Origin: Phoronis australis
Lineage: Eukaryota > Animalia > Phoronida
NCBI GenBank assembly: GCA_002633005.1
Contig: NMRA01000050.1
Coordinates: 195,710 to 259,709 of the forward strand
Reading direction: 5' to 3'
Length of the DNA stretch: 64,000 nt
In this document: in pieces, positions 22,888 to 36,869 of the stretch
Position numbering within the stretch: the stretch's first letter is position 1
Layout: each line of letters begins with the position of its first letter
Translations under genes and position numbers: made by a program
Notes under the pieces: generated by a model
Databases searched by the model: none
What the model was told of the DNA's origin: nothing
The model's input: the letters and a program-made list of their open reading frames with translations, nothing else

Positions 22888-25800
22888 ATGGTAGTGCGAG
22901 ATTTTTTGGGGCTTGCGACAAGTATTCCGCCCTGGACTGTTTTCCTTGCGATCGTCATCGTGATGATCTGTATGTAAGTATAATGCTCACCAACATATCA
23001 GATTAACGCTGTATAGTGTTGAGTAGCCTCGAGTTTTATTCACTGAGGTCAGTGAAATGTGCCGTTCTCGTGCAGGCCTCGGTGTTCGATCATCGGCGGC
23101 TTTGGCCTAGGATTCACTTTGGCCTCGGATTCACTGGACTGGCTTTGTTGCTATAGCTTACACCTGATAACTGTTACGGAGAACTGTGGTTCCTCCGAAA
23201 TAGTTCCTTGTGTCGAAGAATTATTATGTAGTTTGACATGAATGAATGACCTGCTTTCACGGCACAGATATACACTGTCGTCAAGCGCAGTATCGTAAAA
23301 TTACACACGATGTTACACGAATTAAGGGGAGTCGTGTCTGACAGAGGCGTTCAGGTGCGCGTGCACTGCTACATTGGCGTTCTTGTTTTCGTGTCATCTA
23401 CAAAGTAATTGTATTCAGGTCACTTATTCCATTCAAAATATCAACACAGGAATATTTTGTTGCATCGAATGCACAAACAGGCGCAGGCTCACTTTAAACG
23501 CGCCAGTGGTACAGAAATTTAATCACTAGCTTGCGAGATATTTTCTGTCATTCGACTTCCGTTTTCTAGCAATTTCATCGTACGTACGTCACGGCAGCTC
23601 AGCTAACTAATCCATTCGGCTAAACGGCACCATTCCATTTCCATGGTGATCCTAAATCTTTTTATTTTCAGCTACGTAAATATGGTTTACGTGAACAACT
23701 TCTCTCGTCGCCACGGACAAGCTGGACCACTGCCTTTTCCCCTCCTGGGACATTTTCCGTATATTGTGAAAAATGCAAGTATTCTCTTTTTCAAAGTAGA
23801 TCTAGATGTAGAAATGCCTTGAATACGTAAACCGTTATTGTCGTTAATGACAATTGACCAGATTAAGTTAATTTAAGGGACGAATAAAAAAGAACAGAAA
23901 TGGCCTGCTTACGACTATTACCAGAATATGAACAATATGTTATCATGTCATTGCATGCATGTACGAGAATCCTCTGATGATAAAAGCACGAATGTAAGTT
24001 CAAGCAAAAGTATTTATACTGAATAACAAAATAACGAACGTAGGTTTATTCGTTGCTCCTAAGGTAACTAAAGTGTTTTAAAAAGAGACGAATTATGAGA
24101 ATTACATACACAGTAATTATATGCAATGCTACTTGTGTGTAATGTACCGTATTCTATACACACTGTACATGGCGATCAACAAAACTTCAGCTTGAGGTAA
24201 GTTCTTAGGTGATTAATTTATTGTGCAAGAATCAGCTGCAGTGCATGTTTTATGTTTGTAAGCTCCCCTTGCACTTGATACAAAAATCAAAGTACTCATG
24301 CCAACTTTTCCTGTATTCAAGGGAATGATACAGTGTCACATGATGTGGGTGAAGAAGTACGGCAAAGTGGTGGGGTGAGTCACCTAGTGTCCTTGTCCAT
24401 TTGGTAAATTCACTTACGTCTGTCTAAGTCAAACGGGATAGACTACATGACGATCAATGACTACTTATCTTAATTATCAACCTACATGGCAGGTCACGAG
24501 ATTTTGCCTCCCCAGCCAGTAATCAGGACTACCAGTATTCAAGTTTTGTAAACTGAATTCCTGTTTTAGTAGAAACAGCAGCTCTTGTATAAGAGAAAAG
24601 TAATCAACACCCCCACCCCTTGAGATGCTACAATGCAGTCACTTGCTGTGTTAATAGACATAATTCAGGAAGTCACAAATGGAATTATAGTTTGCTACAG
24701 GTGAATGTTTTCCTAGTGTTATTAATTTATAAGCTCTACTGTCGTTGAGAATAATCATTTTATCGTCTAAGTCGTGTCCGCACTACGATTAATCCTAAAG
24801 CAACGTACGCCATTTTAACACGCCCTCGTTACAGCCGAGCGTCCACACTTTTACACGTTCTCTATAGGCAAACATGGTATGAAAATGACTAGACAACCCT
24901 GTCAGTGTAACTGAATAAGTACACGTACACAGCTAATAGTTATTTTTGCATTGTCTGCAGGCTTGCATCCACACTACGACTTGCGCAGGGGCTAGTTACC
25001 CTAGAACAAGTAAGTTGTCACACGGCGTGTGACAAATTAATCTAATGATAGGCGCTACCACAATACTGCTATACCTAGCTTTACAGCTCGCCCCCGGAGT
25101 AACTTGCTCGGACGCAACTCATACGTCGTAGTGTCCGGTCCTTTAAACGAACTCGACAAGTGCAGGTTTACCACAGTCCCAGTAACGAGCACTCCATGTC
25201 TGGCGATGGGACTGTTATATTTATTGTTGCCATTTGTTATTGTCGCCATTCATAATTGCTATTAATTGCACGCAGCTAGATTTAAGTGTATTTCGCGCGC
25301 TATTACACTTTGTTTTCCAGCCTTTCTTACGGGACTACGAGATCAATGATTGTGGCAGATCCAGAATTACTTCGGGAAATTATGACGAAGCAGTCACACC
25401 ACTTCGTTAACAGAGAGGTACGACGGAACTACTCCAAGCATTAAAAGTCGCCAGGTTTCGATGCAGGCAACAAATTTTGGTGTGCGCTTCGTACGTGCTC
25501 ACCTGGCTTCAGACTTTGATTCAGGTGTGTCCAGACAGTGAAAAGAAGCAGCAACCGTAAATTATTTGTTATCTAAGCCAGACCACCCTCCCGCTAGGAC
25601 ATCGCTAACAAGCAAGACTTCGTGTATTTTAAATGAGAACACACGTGATTCTGACTAGATTTTAGCTAGGTCTTAGCGTAGGTCCTAGCGCTACTGAACA
25701 CACGCCAGGACTCCTGATAGGCGAATAATGCATAAATTTTGTCAATTTGTGTTTCAGGCTATGCTTACTGGAACAGTTCTGGATCATCATTTAATGAACC

Positions 25801-27382
25801 TTAAAGATGAACGTTGGAAAAACGTCCGCAGTATTATGAGTCCGACGTTTACATCCGGGAAGTTAAGACTGGTAATAATATTAATTGCAAAAATAGTAGT
25901 GCGAAGTATTAGCCCAGAAAACGATTCTTTATATCTCTTCGGCTACATAAGCAAACGTGGAATTTGTAAATATTTATTGATGATTCGGCTTCACGAGCAC
26001 GTGATACATACTAAGCAGTGAGAATAGTCCTACACGAGCCCTTTATATGTTCATGAAAGTTATCTTGAGTGACATTATCGGCGAGAAAAGCAATAAACCA
26101 TTCTCAGCACGGATTCGAACCCGCAGCCTTGGAGGGCGTAGTCAGATCCCTTGTAATGCAGGTTCAATTCATTGGTCTAACACCGTCTCCATACACCTTC
26201 CTGCTACAATGTCGGAACGTTTCCACTGCTACGCGGTGGTAGGTGCTTATGCCTTACAAAACACACTTTTTGAAATATCAGTGGACGATCAAGGACATAA
26301 TGTTTCATGTATTTCGTACTGCGAAGAAGCATCCACGATAAATACACGAAACGTACCAAAAGTGGTGTAAATGAAATGAAATACCCAGAGACGTAATTCC
26401 GCGGGAAACTGTCGCGTGAGATACTATTTCATCTACGCCAATCGAGATACGTTTTGTATTTATAAACTATTTTGGGAAAGTTTGAAGTGATGGAGCCGGC
26501 TAGCGACGTGGAGTTGACATTCACTTACTTTCTGTACTTTCCATGTCCTAGTATTCAGCGCACTGTAGTCCCGGGAGTGCAAAACGGAACTTACATTATC
26601 ACATGACCGTATTGCACGCATCTTATTCAACACGTACGAGATAAAGCCAGTGACTGCGGTTGATTAAGTAGCTGAAATTCGACCCTAGCCCGTGTCAAAA
26701 ATCTACAATAAATCAGTCAACTTAAACAAATGAAACAATGGGAGGGACTGACCGTGGGACTTGTTCTTTTTCTTCTTTTAAGTCAATGAACCATTATGTA
26801 AAAATTGAATTTCTGTCCACCAAATCTGAGTTGGGATCAATCGGAATTCACTTCCATGCTCTCATTATACTAGAGAGCGCCAATGTGAAAATTCCTTATT
26901 GGCGGTTTGCAAAAAGATAGAGGAAGCAGTGTGGCCTGGTTGATCAGTGCCCGCCTTCTTTACTCGAGGTCGTGGGTTCAAGTCCCACCATATCACACTG
27001 CTAAGCCCTTGAGCCAGGTTTCTAGCTCCTCAGCTCGGTTTTAACCGTACAGGTATATTAATAAAGCATAAAAATATTTTCAGGTGATCAGTGCACATGC
27101 GAGGCCTGCGCACGTCTGGTAGAACGTGTATCAGACCGCCTGCAATTATATTTATTATTTGCAAAAAGATAACAAAACATAATTGATTTTCATGTTTTCA
27201 AGCTCTGGTCGAAGGAAATAGCTCAGTGAAGAAGTCTATCCGATACCAAAATAATCCCAAAATGCGTTTTGATCGTGAAACCTATAATGTCCATTTTAAA
27301 GGAGTTCATAACACAAACAAGAACGTGTCGCAAACCAATAAAACAGTTGAATCATCCATAGTGTGAGTAGTCAGAATATATA

Positions 27383-27452
<70 letters not shown>

Positions 27453-30400
27453 CATATGTCCATAGTGTGACTAGTCAGTATATTTTCAGGTGTCTCAACT
27501 TGTCAATCAAGCCAATGAAACCTTTCTACAGAATTTGTCCAAATACGCAGAAAACGACCAGGAATTTGAAGCAAAAGAGTAAGGGTATAACGAGACTGGT
27601 TCAAAAAGTTCGTGAAACTTTTGGAGGAATTTTTCGTTGTTTTCATGTTTGGTTTTGATTGCACCCATAGTAATAAATCCATCGGGGTGGTAATGTCTTC
27701 AATCAGGGTAGTGAACGGAAAAACGCAGAAACACAGCAAATCCATGCATGCCCTGATTGAGTCATCATCAAGTTCTGAACAATCACAATGTGCACGTATC
27801 AGTTATTGTCACACAACCACGACTACATAACGGCAGGGCGTTGGTGGTGGTCATATTCACAATTAGAATAGTAACTAAGAACAGTGATAAAACAGACCTG
27901 TTTGTTGAGTTTTTGTAAGATGCCTGGCACTAAAGACTTGTCCAAGCATTTGTGAAGATTTCCTGTTGCTGACTTAGCAGTCTATGCCGAGTATATCAAT
28001 CTAGGCACACCAAGGGAACACGCTCTTCCCGTTTTTCCCTGCTTAAATGTAGGGCTTCCTTACTGTATCATACCTATCCTTTCAGATTGTTCTCTAACTT
28101 TACAATAGACGTAATTACGGCTACAACGTGTGGAATTCACGTGGACTCTCAGACCAATCCGGATGACCCAACTGTGCATCACTTCAAGAAAGCAATGGAC
28201 TTCCGGGACCCCTTTCTTTTGCTTATATGTATGTGATTAATATGATTTACCCAATTATTTCAACATTTTCATTAGTCTTCCCTAGTTGAAGTTCTTTTGT
28301 GATTATAGTTATTATCAGGTATGACTGATGGAGATGGGGATGCCAAAACAATGGACTCAAACATTTTTAAAATGGCTACTGGTGGCGCAAAGTACGTCGA
28401 TTCCATCCGAAAATAAGAAGAAATCGTTGTCTCCTTTAAAGAAACCCATTTGCTATTTTCATTAAAATCCACCAACGAATGAACCTGATCGCCCCTAGAT
28501 ACAGGAAACGGTAATATGAACCCACCTAGGTATACGTGGAGGGAATAAAAAGGTTCTGTATAGTCCAAGATTGAAAATGCATAGTTATATCGTCAGTGTA
28601 CCATTGACGTTCTACATATCCACGTAATATTTGTCAAGCTACCGAAATTTATGAAATACTTTTCCCTTGTGTAATACTACACAGACATGATTCGACATGG
28701 GAAATCATCGGAGTCGACCAACGGTATTTACACTCGCTGCCTTCTGACAAACCATTTGATCTACACCTTTTGAAAGGCACCAGGGCCTACTGTAACACCT
28801 GGCATGTAAAGCCGTGGCGTTGTATTCGGGTATGACAAATATTCCAGTAATAGGCTACCCCCTTATATTTGGGACGTTCGATTTCTGGCGTGAATAATTA
28901 ATATTTTGATTATAAAATTCGAATCACATGTTGCAATTTTTTATTTGTTTCTTTTGTCTGATTCAATTTATTCATGCAAGGGTTTTAAAACAACCAACAG
29001 CTCTTTAACTTTGGCTGTAATTAATATTTTGGCCATAGCTGTTTGGCAGAAAACACACGAAAAACCTTGGCTTTACATTCGAGGTTGTCTCATTTTACGT
29101 ATTTCCCCCAAAATGCATCTTTCTTCCTCAAAAGCTCTAAGGTATTATAATCAAGGTTTTATGGTAATTAAATCTTTGCATTGTCGTGGAAATTTCATTT
29201 TATTTACTTATTTTTAAGTAGTTTTAACTATATTAAAATATCCTCTCAATCAATTTAATCGAAACGTGTGATTTGAGCCTGGTATTGAAACCAAGTGTAT
29301 CATCGGTGTATTCCAATTGTGTCTTGTCCTGCAGCACCCCTAGTAGCCAATTTGTGCAACTGTGCCTTGTTTCTTTCATTGTTGAACTCACAGAGGACCT
29401 ATCATGGTGCAACAGTGCTTTAATATATATGCAAGTACCCCATAAAATTTGTTCTGAATTCTCTGTTTCTTCCTTAGGAATACTTTGACAGAATTGTATT
29501 GAGTACAAAATTACAGTGAACCGTTTGTGATACAACAATCAGATGTCAGAACAACGTATTTCTCGTGTTGCTTTTTGCAGTTATTTTCCGGAAACAAGCG
29601 CGTTGGATATTGGGATTGGCTGAATTGATAGGACGGACTACTTTTATTAGTTATGTGCCGTACATTGAACGTCTCGTCGATCAACTTATTCAGGAACGCA
29701 AAGAAAAACAAGGGAGTGAGGTACGAATCCGTTTTAATTTATTCTCAGAGATCATGTTTGGAGATACAACTGGACATGTACAATGGAGTCCGATTACACC
29801 CTTGCCGAAGCGATGCAAAATAACCATTCAGAGTTGTGCAGAGTCAGCCAGCACTATCGTGATTAATTACTCGCGCCAGTTACTCAAGTTGATGACCATT
29901 ACAAATTTTGAAAAGACGTTGATTCTTTATTATTATAGCCATCGCTTGTGTAGGTTTTTGCTAAATTGACACTAATGCCTTTGGTGAAACGTTATTGAAA
30001 AACAGTTTCATTAACATGCAGGCCTTCGTGGTCAATGCTAGGAACACACTTGCAATAACTTCTTACCTCTTTCTTCTGATTCAGGAATACAAAGATTTCT
30101 TGAAGTTATTGATAGATGCTAACAAGGAATTTGAAGAACAACAGAATACAAATCCGGAAGGAGGAACAAGAATATCTGGTATGTATTGTTTTGTTCCCAG
30201 CCTAATTCGCACTTCGTGGGAGAAAGGCTTCATTACGAGAACAAAAGTTACCGTTGCCTTAGGTACCCATAATGCTTGTTATTTCGTGAAGGAGCACAGA
30301 ACAGTTATCACAGTGGTTTGCCTATCAGAAGAGACGTCAATGGATTCGTCACTCTTTCTTTACTCTCTCAAAAACTGCAGGCAAAGAATGAAATCCTACA

Positions 30401-33400
30401 GATGAGCACAGAAACTCTATTCTGACCCTTTCACTCCTGCTGAAAACCAAGCTAGACTAAGGAAAATAGGGGCAAAAAAAATGCAAAATCGGCACTTTTC
30501 ACCCCAAAACCACCGTGCCGATGCTCGACTAAAGCCAACATAACATTCCGAAAGAAAATTTCCTATCGTTTCCAAAAATGTGGTCCAAAAGTACTGTCAA
30601 CCAACTAGTTTTTTTTTGCAAATCTGGCTTGTTTGAGGGCTACTAGAAATCGCGGCCAATTTCTCAGTCGCTACCCAGCAATGCTCAATTGCAACAGGGA
30701 GCCGCCATCTTGAAAAGGAGTGCAGCTACAGCCGAGCAATAGGTCTTTTTTCACTCTCAACATGCTCACAGTTACAAAAGAAAACACATTCACTTGGCCT
30801 ACATGCAATTCCTAACAAAAAACTGCCCCCAAGATTTGGCCTACTCCTAAATTTTAATATTTTGGGAGTGCAAATTGGCCGCGGCCACACGCTAAATGTT
30901 CAGTGCCAACGAATCATCTCGAGCCGATAGTGAAAAGATTGAAAGGCTTCTCTTAAAAAGATATCGTCGGTGGTTATCTTGCCTTGGGAAATCAAATTAC
31001 GATATTCTGCTGTATTATATCGGATGTGAAGGTTACACTTATTGCTGTATTACACATGACAACTTCCATATCCGGATGACTACCAACGGGGTCTGCTCCG
31101 GCCCGCAAAATACTACAGAAATCAGGATCTTGGAACGTATGCCGTTATTTAGCAAATACGTCAATAATTGTGTACGATAGAGAACAAACCAGAGGTACTC
31201 AAAATGTCCCGTGATTTCCCATCATGACAGCTGGGCGGAAGCCAAATTCATCTTCAGAGTAGAGTTACCTCATGAATGAGAATGAAGAGGACTTTCAACA
31301 GGAAGTTTGTAAGACGATTAAGCTGTTATTTAATTAAACTTTTGTCACCCTAATGGTTTTTATTAGTTGTGTACTTCCTGGTAATAACCGAACTGGCCGG
31401 TAGGATGGGAAAAAGACTTTTGTCTTGTGACCATTGTTTCATTACTATCCAAGGAATGTCTAAAGACGAAATGACTGCCAACATCATGCTCTTCTTTTTG
31501 GCTGGTTTCGACACAACTTCTGAAGTTCTGCAGTTTATGTCCTATCTACTCGCTACCAACCCCGAGTGGCAAGATAAAGTGATCGAGGAACTCGACGAAA
31601 AGCTTCAAGGGGTAATGTAGAAGATTTTTCTACCTTACAAAATTTTAGCATGAATGAAATTTCCATTTCCGAGAACTATTATGAAAAGCTGAACATCAAA
31701 AGCAGGCCAAATTTCTTTTCTATAGGAAATCTGTTATACACTTTATATGATTATGCATTAGATATCCACGGATCGTTTTCCTTAAACCATTGCTTTCCAG
31801 TGCTAATAAGTCATGCATTAAATACACGGTATCTGTGTCCTTGGGTGTTTTTCATATGATCTACAATATTCATTCATCATGAGATTTCACTCTCTCAATA
31901 GAAGCGTCTTCCGAGATAAGTTGAAGCATCAGTATTGGATTAACTTTCGTATTTTGTGGAGTTGAAGGTTAAGCATTACTACAAGTGCATTTGAAGAATT
32001 TGCTTTTTAAATAATCGTAACTCTGATTTCCCACTGACTCTTCTTGCCGATATTAAAAATAACATTATATTCACATTGCTAGTTTTGGAGCCTGCAAGTA
32101 CCTACGTCTTCAAGAAGCATGCCTTCTTTTTGAAGCGCCACCTGTCAAGTTGTAGTTGAGATAGCAGCAAAGACGGCGTGGTCTTGAGTCTAAATCATGC
32201 GGGTTTATTCATTTCAGGAAAAACCCAATCACGACAATGTTCAAACGCTTAACATTATGGAAATGTGCTATAGTGAAGCAATGAGAATGTACCCTCCGGG
32301 ATGGGTGTAAGTTGATGTTGTGAATCTACACCTGGCTGAGTGTTCTTCATCACAAAAACTGGAGAAAATGTGAGAGGCACGAAGACCCGTTTTGAACCGT
32401 ACAACGTGACCAGTTCTATCCAATATGTCACGATTTATAATTTGAGGTCACCTAGTGTTTTCAGAAAAAAGGAAATTTTTATGCATTTTATAAAGTCCCC
32501 TTCATACGTATTCATGGTCAGTGAAAACGACTTCAAAATGCAACTTCCATGAAAACACTCACCAAAGTGGAATTGATGTCCATAGACAAAATTGCGTTTT
32601 TTATAACATCTTTTCTTTACGTTTTCATAACAAATTTCGTCCACGCGTACACTGTGTCGTAATGCGTATCGTTTCCCATCTACACGGAAACGTTCACTTT
32701 TAACCAAAAAGCGCAACCTGGTCTTTGCTTTTTTAAATGTGTGTCCGTCCACACGAACACGCTGATACGACAGTGACGTTAACGTCTTAGAAATGTTGGA
32801 TTCTGCTGATCTCACGAAAACGGCGAAGTCCATTATAGACAGCGTTTTTTCCAGTTGTCGTTTTCAGTTTCCACTGCACGTCCATTGACGGAAGCTTATC
32901 CGCGACGCAAAAAGTGCATTTTCAACTTAAATCGCCTGGATAGTACCTAAAATGCATATTCACTGTACTGGACGTGTTGACTGAAAAAGCACAAACTTTT
33001 CGAAAACGTTAACGTCACGACCGTATTAGCGTTATAGCGTTGACGGGAAACGTCTTGAAAACGCAATTAAAAACTTGGCGCGCTTTTGATCGTGCACTCG
33101 TATTGGTGAGAACGAAAGAACGATACAAAAACGAAAAGTGCTGATCAATGAACTCTTTAGAAGCGCGGAGAAAAATGAAAACGCAAAATGTATGCGGTTC
33201 CTAAATTTACCTGCATCCTGTCCCATTAGGATAGTTCTAGATTTTGCGCAGTCTCACCATACATGTAACGAGATTGCGTATTTCACATTGCTGGCAAAAG
33301 CTTTACACGCATTTGGTGACTTCAGGTAAAACGCAGGTATGGCATATTGAGCCCTGTAACTAGCGAAGAAAAAATATGATCTCAAACAGCTACACACACC

Positions 33401-36400
33401 ATTCTTTTTTCGATGTTTTCCATAACTTGTAATCAAAGCGGGACGAGATTGCAAAAGCGGATCACGGAAATGAGTTTTGTCGTTTGCGTTTTATTTTGCG
33501 TTCCAGTGTCGACAGAATAGCTACAGATGACGTCACTATTAATGGAACTTTCATCTCAAAGAATACGCGAGTTTTGATTCCATGCTGGCAGATCCACCAC
33601 GATCCGGGGAACTACTCCAATCCAGATGAGTTCAAACCGGAAAGGTGAGCAACAACACACACTATGGAGCCTAACACAGCCACTGCTTTTTTAAAGGTAG
33701 TCGAAAGGGTAGGATAAACCGTGGAACATCGCGAACATTTAAAAAGCTTCATAATCTAATCAAAACCTGGAGTATGATTGCTTTTTCGCTCTGAGACTCG
33801 GGTGTGGTTTATTTATTCAATTGTTTTGATGCAAAAGTTGAACATGACTTAGGCCTGTACACGAAATCCCCATTTACTTGTGATTAGTGGTACGGAAGAA
33901 CAATCACGCACCTGCAACTAAATAGACGAAATATCATTTTTCGAAAGAGAAGAGGATTTAATTAAGAATTACTGAGATATTTTGTTTCGTGTTATATTAT
34001 CTGAGAATTATTGGGTGTAAGCAAATTAATAAAACGGTATCCACTTAATAATTGTGAAAAAACAACCAATATATCGGCGTACACAGTTACTAACGTATAA
34101 TGTGTCTCCTCTGTGTATCACGTATTTTATATTTCGCTGTAGCATTTTACAGCATACTCCTGACGAAGAGCACACCGTTAGAAATGTTCGAGTTTTCACA
34201 TATCTACCGTCTACATGTCGTTTTAGTAGTTACCAGTTTGAGGTTAAGTAAGACCTTACAGAGGAACGTAAGTTCATGATCAGTTTCCAGAATTCTAGAC
34301 CGTGTCAACCAGTTAAAGTATATATTTATAAAAAGAAGAAAAACTCGGGATTATACAATTACACTTAATACTTACGTGTCATTGGTATTAAAATGAGGCC
34401 ACCGTTTTTAAATCAAACTTTTAATTTTAATAAAGGTACGTTTACAGTGGCGGATTTAGATGGGCCAAAGGGGCCATTNAAAGGGGCCATTGCCCCCCCC
34501 CCCCTAAAATTCTCCCAGATTACATTTGGCAGTTCGGCGGTGCGAATGTCTGACTGGAAAATCCTGGCTAATACTCTGCCCTGGCGCCTAACTAAAAATC
34601 CTAGATCCGCCCCCGGTTTACTACACTAATACGCCTCAACCGGTTTTAATGAAGCTACCTTTTCATAAAAATACTGATATCTCTCCAAAACGATGTCACA
34701 AATTTTCGACCATTCATTGAGTTTGGTTTCTACGCCAAATTAACTCGTAAAACGTAACAGTTGTATTGGTCTATGGTACAGTAAAATAGGACTTAGACAA
34801 ATCTTAACAGTGTTTTTAAGATTGATAAGTAAATACTTAAAGTAGAAATCCACCAATTATTTTTCGAGAGCTGGTGTTCCTAAGTTCAAATTAAGTCGAT
34901 ATGCGGAAGCCAAGAAAAAGTCAAAACACCGCGAGTCTTCAAGATCTCACGTTTTTTGTTTAATTTTTCGGTGAAAATTTGTTTTTGGTCAACGTTTCCT
35001 ATAAATGCCTTAACCGTATCCGATATTTCAACTGCCATTCGCAATGCCAATTGAATTTGTTGTGCTTAATTGAGTTGATGATCAGAAAAATGTGTTGATT
35101 TTGTAAGTCTAGTCACAGTGCATGGAGTTAAACTAGGTCAACGGCGAGGCCAACAGTAAATAGGTCCACAGTTCATTGTGATATATGCGCCGGTGAGGCT
35201 GATGTCAATAAACCAATGGACAAATAAAAATCGTTAAATGGTTAAACCGCGCCCTGGGATTGAGACTGAAACAGTGAAACGTCTAATTAATGATAAAATG
35301 AATTTGAGGATTTTTTCACAACCTGCTATGTTCGTAAACACGAACTGCCGGTCTTCCGCCGAGCAGCGACTCTGACTCGGTTCATTAGTTCTGAAGTGTC
35401 GTATGTACGCAAACGCATAATTTCTGCAGGATCAAAACTTGAAGTTCCGTCTTTATTTTCCACAGCATCTCCTTATGTTATGGCTATGAATGAAAGGACT
35501 GTGGTTACACACGGAAATGTTCTATGCCTGGGGAGTGACACCTCTTCGGAACTTTGTACTTCGTGGACAAATTTCAACGCGGTTGAAGTAGGTCTTTGAA
35601 ATCAAATAAACAGGCAAGATTTCGATTTTAAAGTTAAGTAGCAATGAAAATAAAAGGTTCACCCGCACAGGTATTCAGCATTGCAAAATATAAACATTTA
35701 AAAGCAAGGTCCTGCTTATCTTTCACCAGGGCGGCGCAGCACTGAAAAAGTGGGGTCTATAGTCCCCCCCAGCCGCCCCTGCGTTGCACCGCCCATAGAC
35801 AGTGGACGGAGCAGCACTGAAAAAAGTGAGGGCTATATCCCCCAGCCCCTTATGAAGCGCTGCCCATGTTCATCAGCACAATATACCACTGATAAAGCCT
35901 CCGGTAACGCAAGACGTCGTAACCGAAGCTCACCAAAGCACAAGTCTCTCATTTATGCACTGAATAATTCTCTAGATACATGTACACTGTACCGTCTTTA
36001 AAGGTTTACCCCAGAAGCGAAGCAAGCTCGTAATTCGTACACGTACTTGCCATTTGGTATGGGACCACGGAGCTGTATTGGAATGAGACTGGCGCAGATG
36101 GAACTGAAGATGTTGTTTGCGTCTGTTCTTCAGAAATACAAGTTCATTCCGTGTGAGAGAACACAGGTAAAAGCGAATACAGTCGTTGGTTATATCTGTA
36201 GTTACACTAATTGATAGGTAACGCTTTCAGATTCGGGTCTTTTTCAGAGTATAACTTCTTGAATTGAGTGGCAAGGGTTATATAATCAAATCATTACCAA
36301 GGAAGAACCTTGTCCACAAAACATCACGCCCATCGGGAGCTGTCATCTTGCACATGTTTTGTGATGTAACATGGGCGGCGCGGCACTGAAAAAGTGGGGG

Positions 36401-36869
36401 CTACAGCCCCCCCCCCTTCCAGCCCACTATGGTGCTCCGCCCATGTCCTCGTGTATGATTTTACATATAGTTCAACTCCTACGTACTGGTGAGGGTTCTT
36501 TGTGTGTTTGTGTGTTTGACATGCGCCCTAGCGGTTTGTAGCGAGCGTTCTACAGGTCGTGGTATATGTGCAACTACCAACTGGCTCACACGAATGGAAA
36601 AAATTAAATTCCAAATATTAAGCTTCATTGAGTGCTGTTCATCTTTCGCATGCGTATGATATTAGCAATTTCATCATCGGCTTTAACAATGTTTCGAGTA
36701 GATATGAGCTGAAATTTCTGAGTAGGAGTCAAAACAAAGATTGTCACTGCTTCCCTAGTAAAGTAAATTTCGTGTACTCTCTTGATTTTAGGTGCCTCTC
36801 GTTATTGACAAAGGCTCACCCTTACGGTCAACTAAGGGAGTCTGGTTGAAGGTGATAGCCAGAGAATGA
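22888..36869 (+). CDS. Cytochrome P450, CYP3 clan (CYP3A-like), 14 coding exons, 514 aa
   Basis: Exons 22888-22973, 23672-23774, 24322-24374, 25321-25417, 25758-25871, 27490-27578, 28086-28228, 29581-29720, 30085-30178, 31454-31611, 32218-32306, 33507-33644, 36004-36166, 36792-36869 splice in frame (1545 nt). Motifs: N-terminal anchor, GPLPFP, WKNVRSIMSPTFTSGKLR, AGFDTT, EAMR, PERF, FGMGPRSCIG heme loop. Intron 2 is GC-AG. Confidence 0.93.
26920..27150 (+). mobile_element. tRNA-derived SINE
   Basis: A box TGGCCTGGTTGA and B box GGTTCAAGTCC; head is also present inverted at 52764-52855; 3' part (GTGATCAGTGCA...CGTCTGGTA...CGTGTATCA) is shared with 8108-8175. Confidence 0.75.
27386..27449. repeat. 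(GT)n microsatellite
   Basis: Pure GT run about 40 bp upstream of the CYP exon-6 acceptor. Confidence 0.97.
32440..33450. mobile_element. Degenerate MITE-like repeat rich in TCCAC/AAAACG motifs
   Basis: Recurrent GTCCACACG, GAAAACG and CGTTTT motifs in both orientations in CYP intron 11; boundaries approximate. Confidence 0.35.
34445..34615. mobile_element. hAT-like MITE with 5-bp TSD
   Basis: CAGTGGCGGATTTAG ... CTAGATCCGCCCCCG, flanked by GTTTA/GTTTA; contains an N. Confidence 0.8.
35727..35868 (+). mobile_element. Short MITE (GGCGGCGCAGCACTGAAAAAGTGG family), dimeric copy
   Basis: Same family as 36370-36445, 50848-50899 and 59775-59933; flanks TTCAC/TTCAT. Confidence 0.75.
36370..36445 (+). 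mobile_element. Short MITE (same family), monomer
   Basis: CATGGGCGGCGC ... GCTCCGCCCATG inverted ends. Confidence 0.75.

Noticed and set aside
26920-27010. Functional tRNA gene (also 41247-41315, 55133-55210, ~26105-26190)
   Set aside because: A/B boxes are present but acceptor and anticodon stems do not close cleanly, and the sequences continue into SINE bodies or recur as dispersed copies.
27386-27658. CVCVCV-repeat protein ORF
   Set aside because: Translation of a (GT)n microsatellite overlapping CYP exon 6 in the wrong frame.
30424-30942. piggyBac-like MITE (TGACCCTTTCACT ... AGTGAAAAGATTGAA)
   Set aside because: Ends are too degenerate and TTAA sites are not intact, so I could not support it as a feature.
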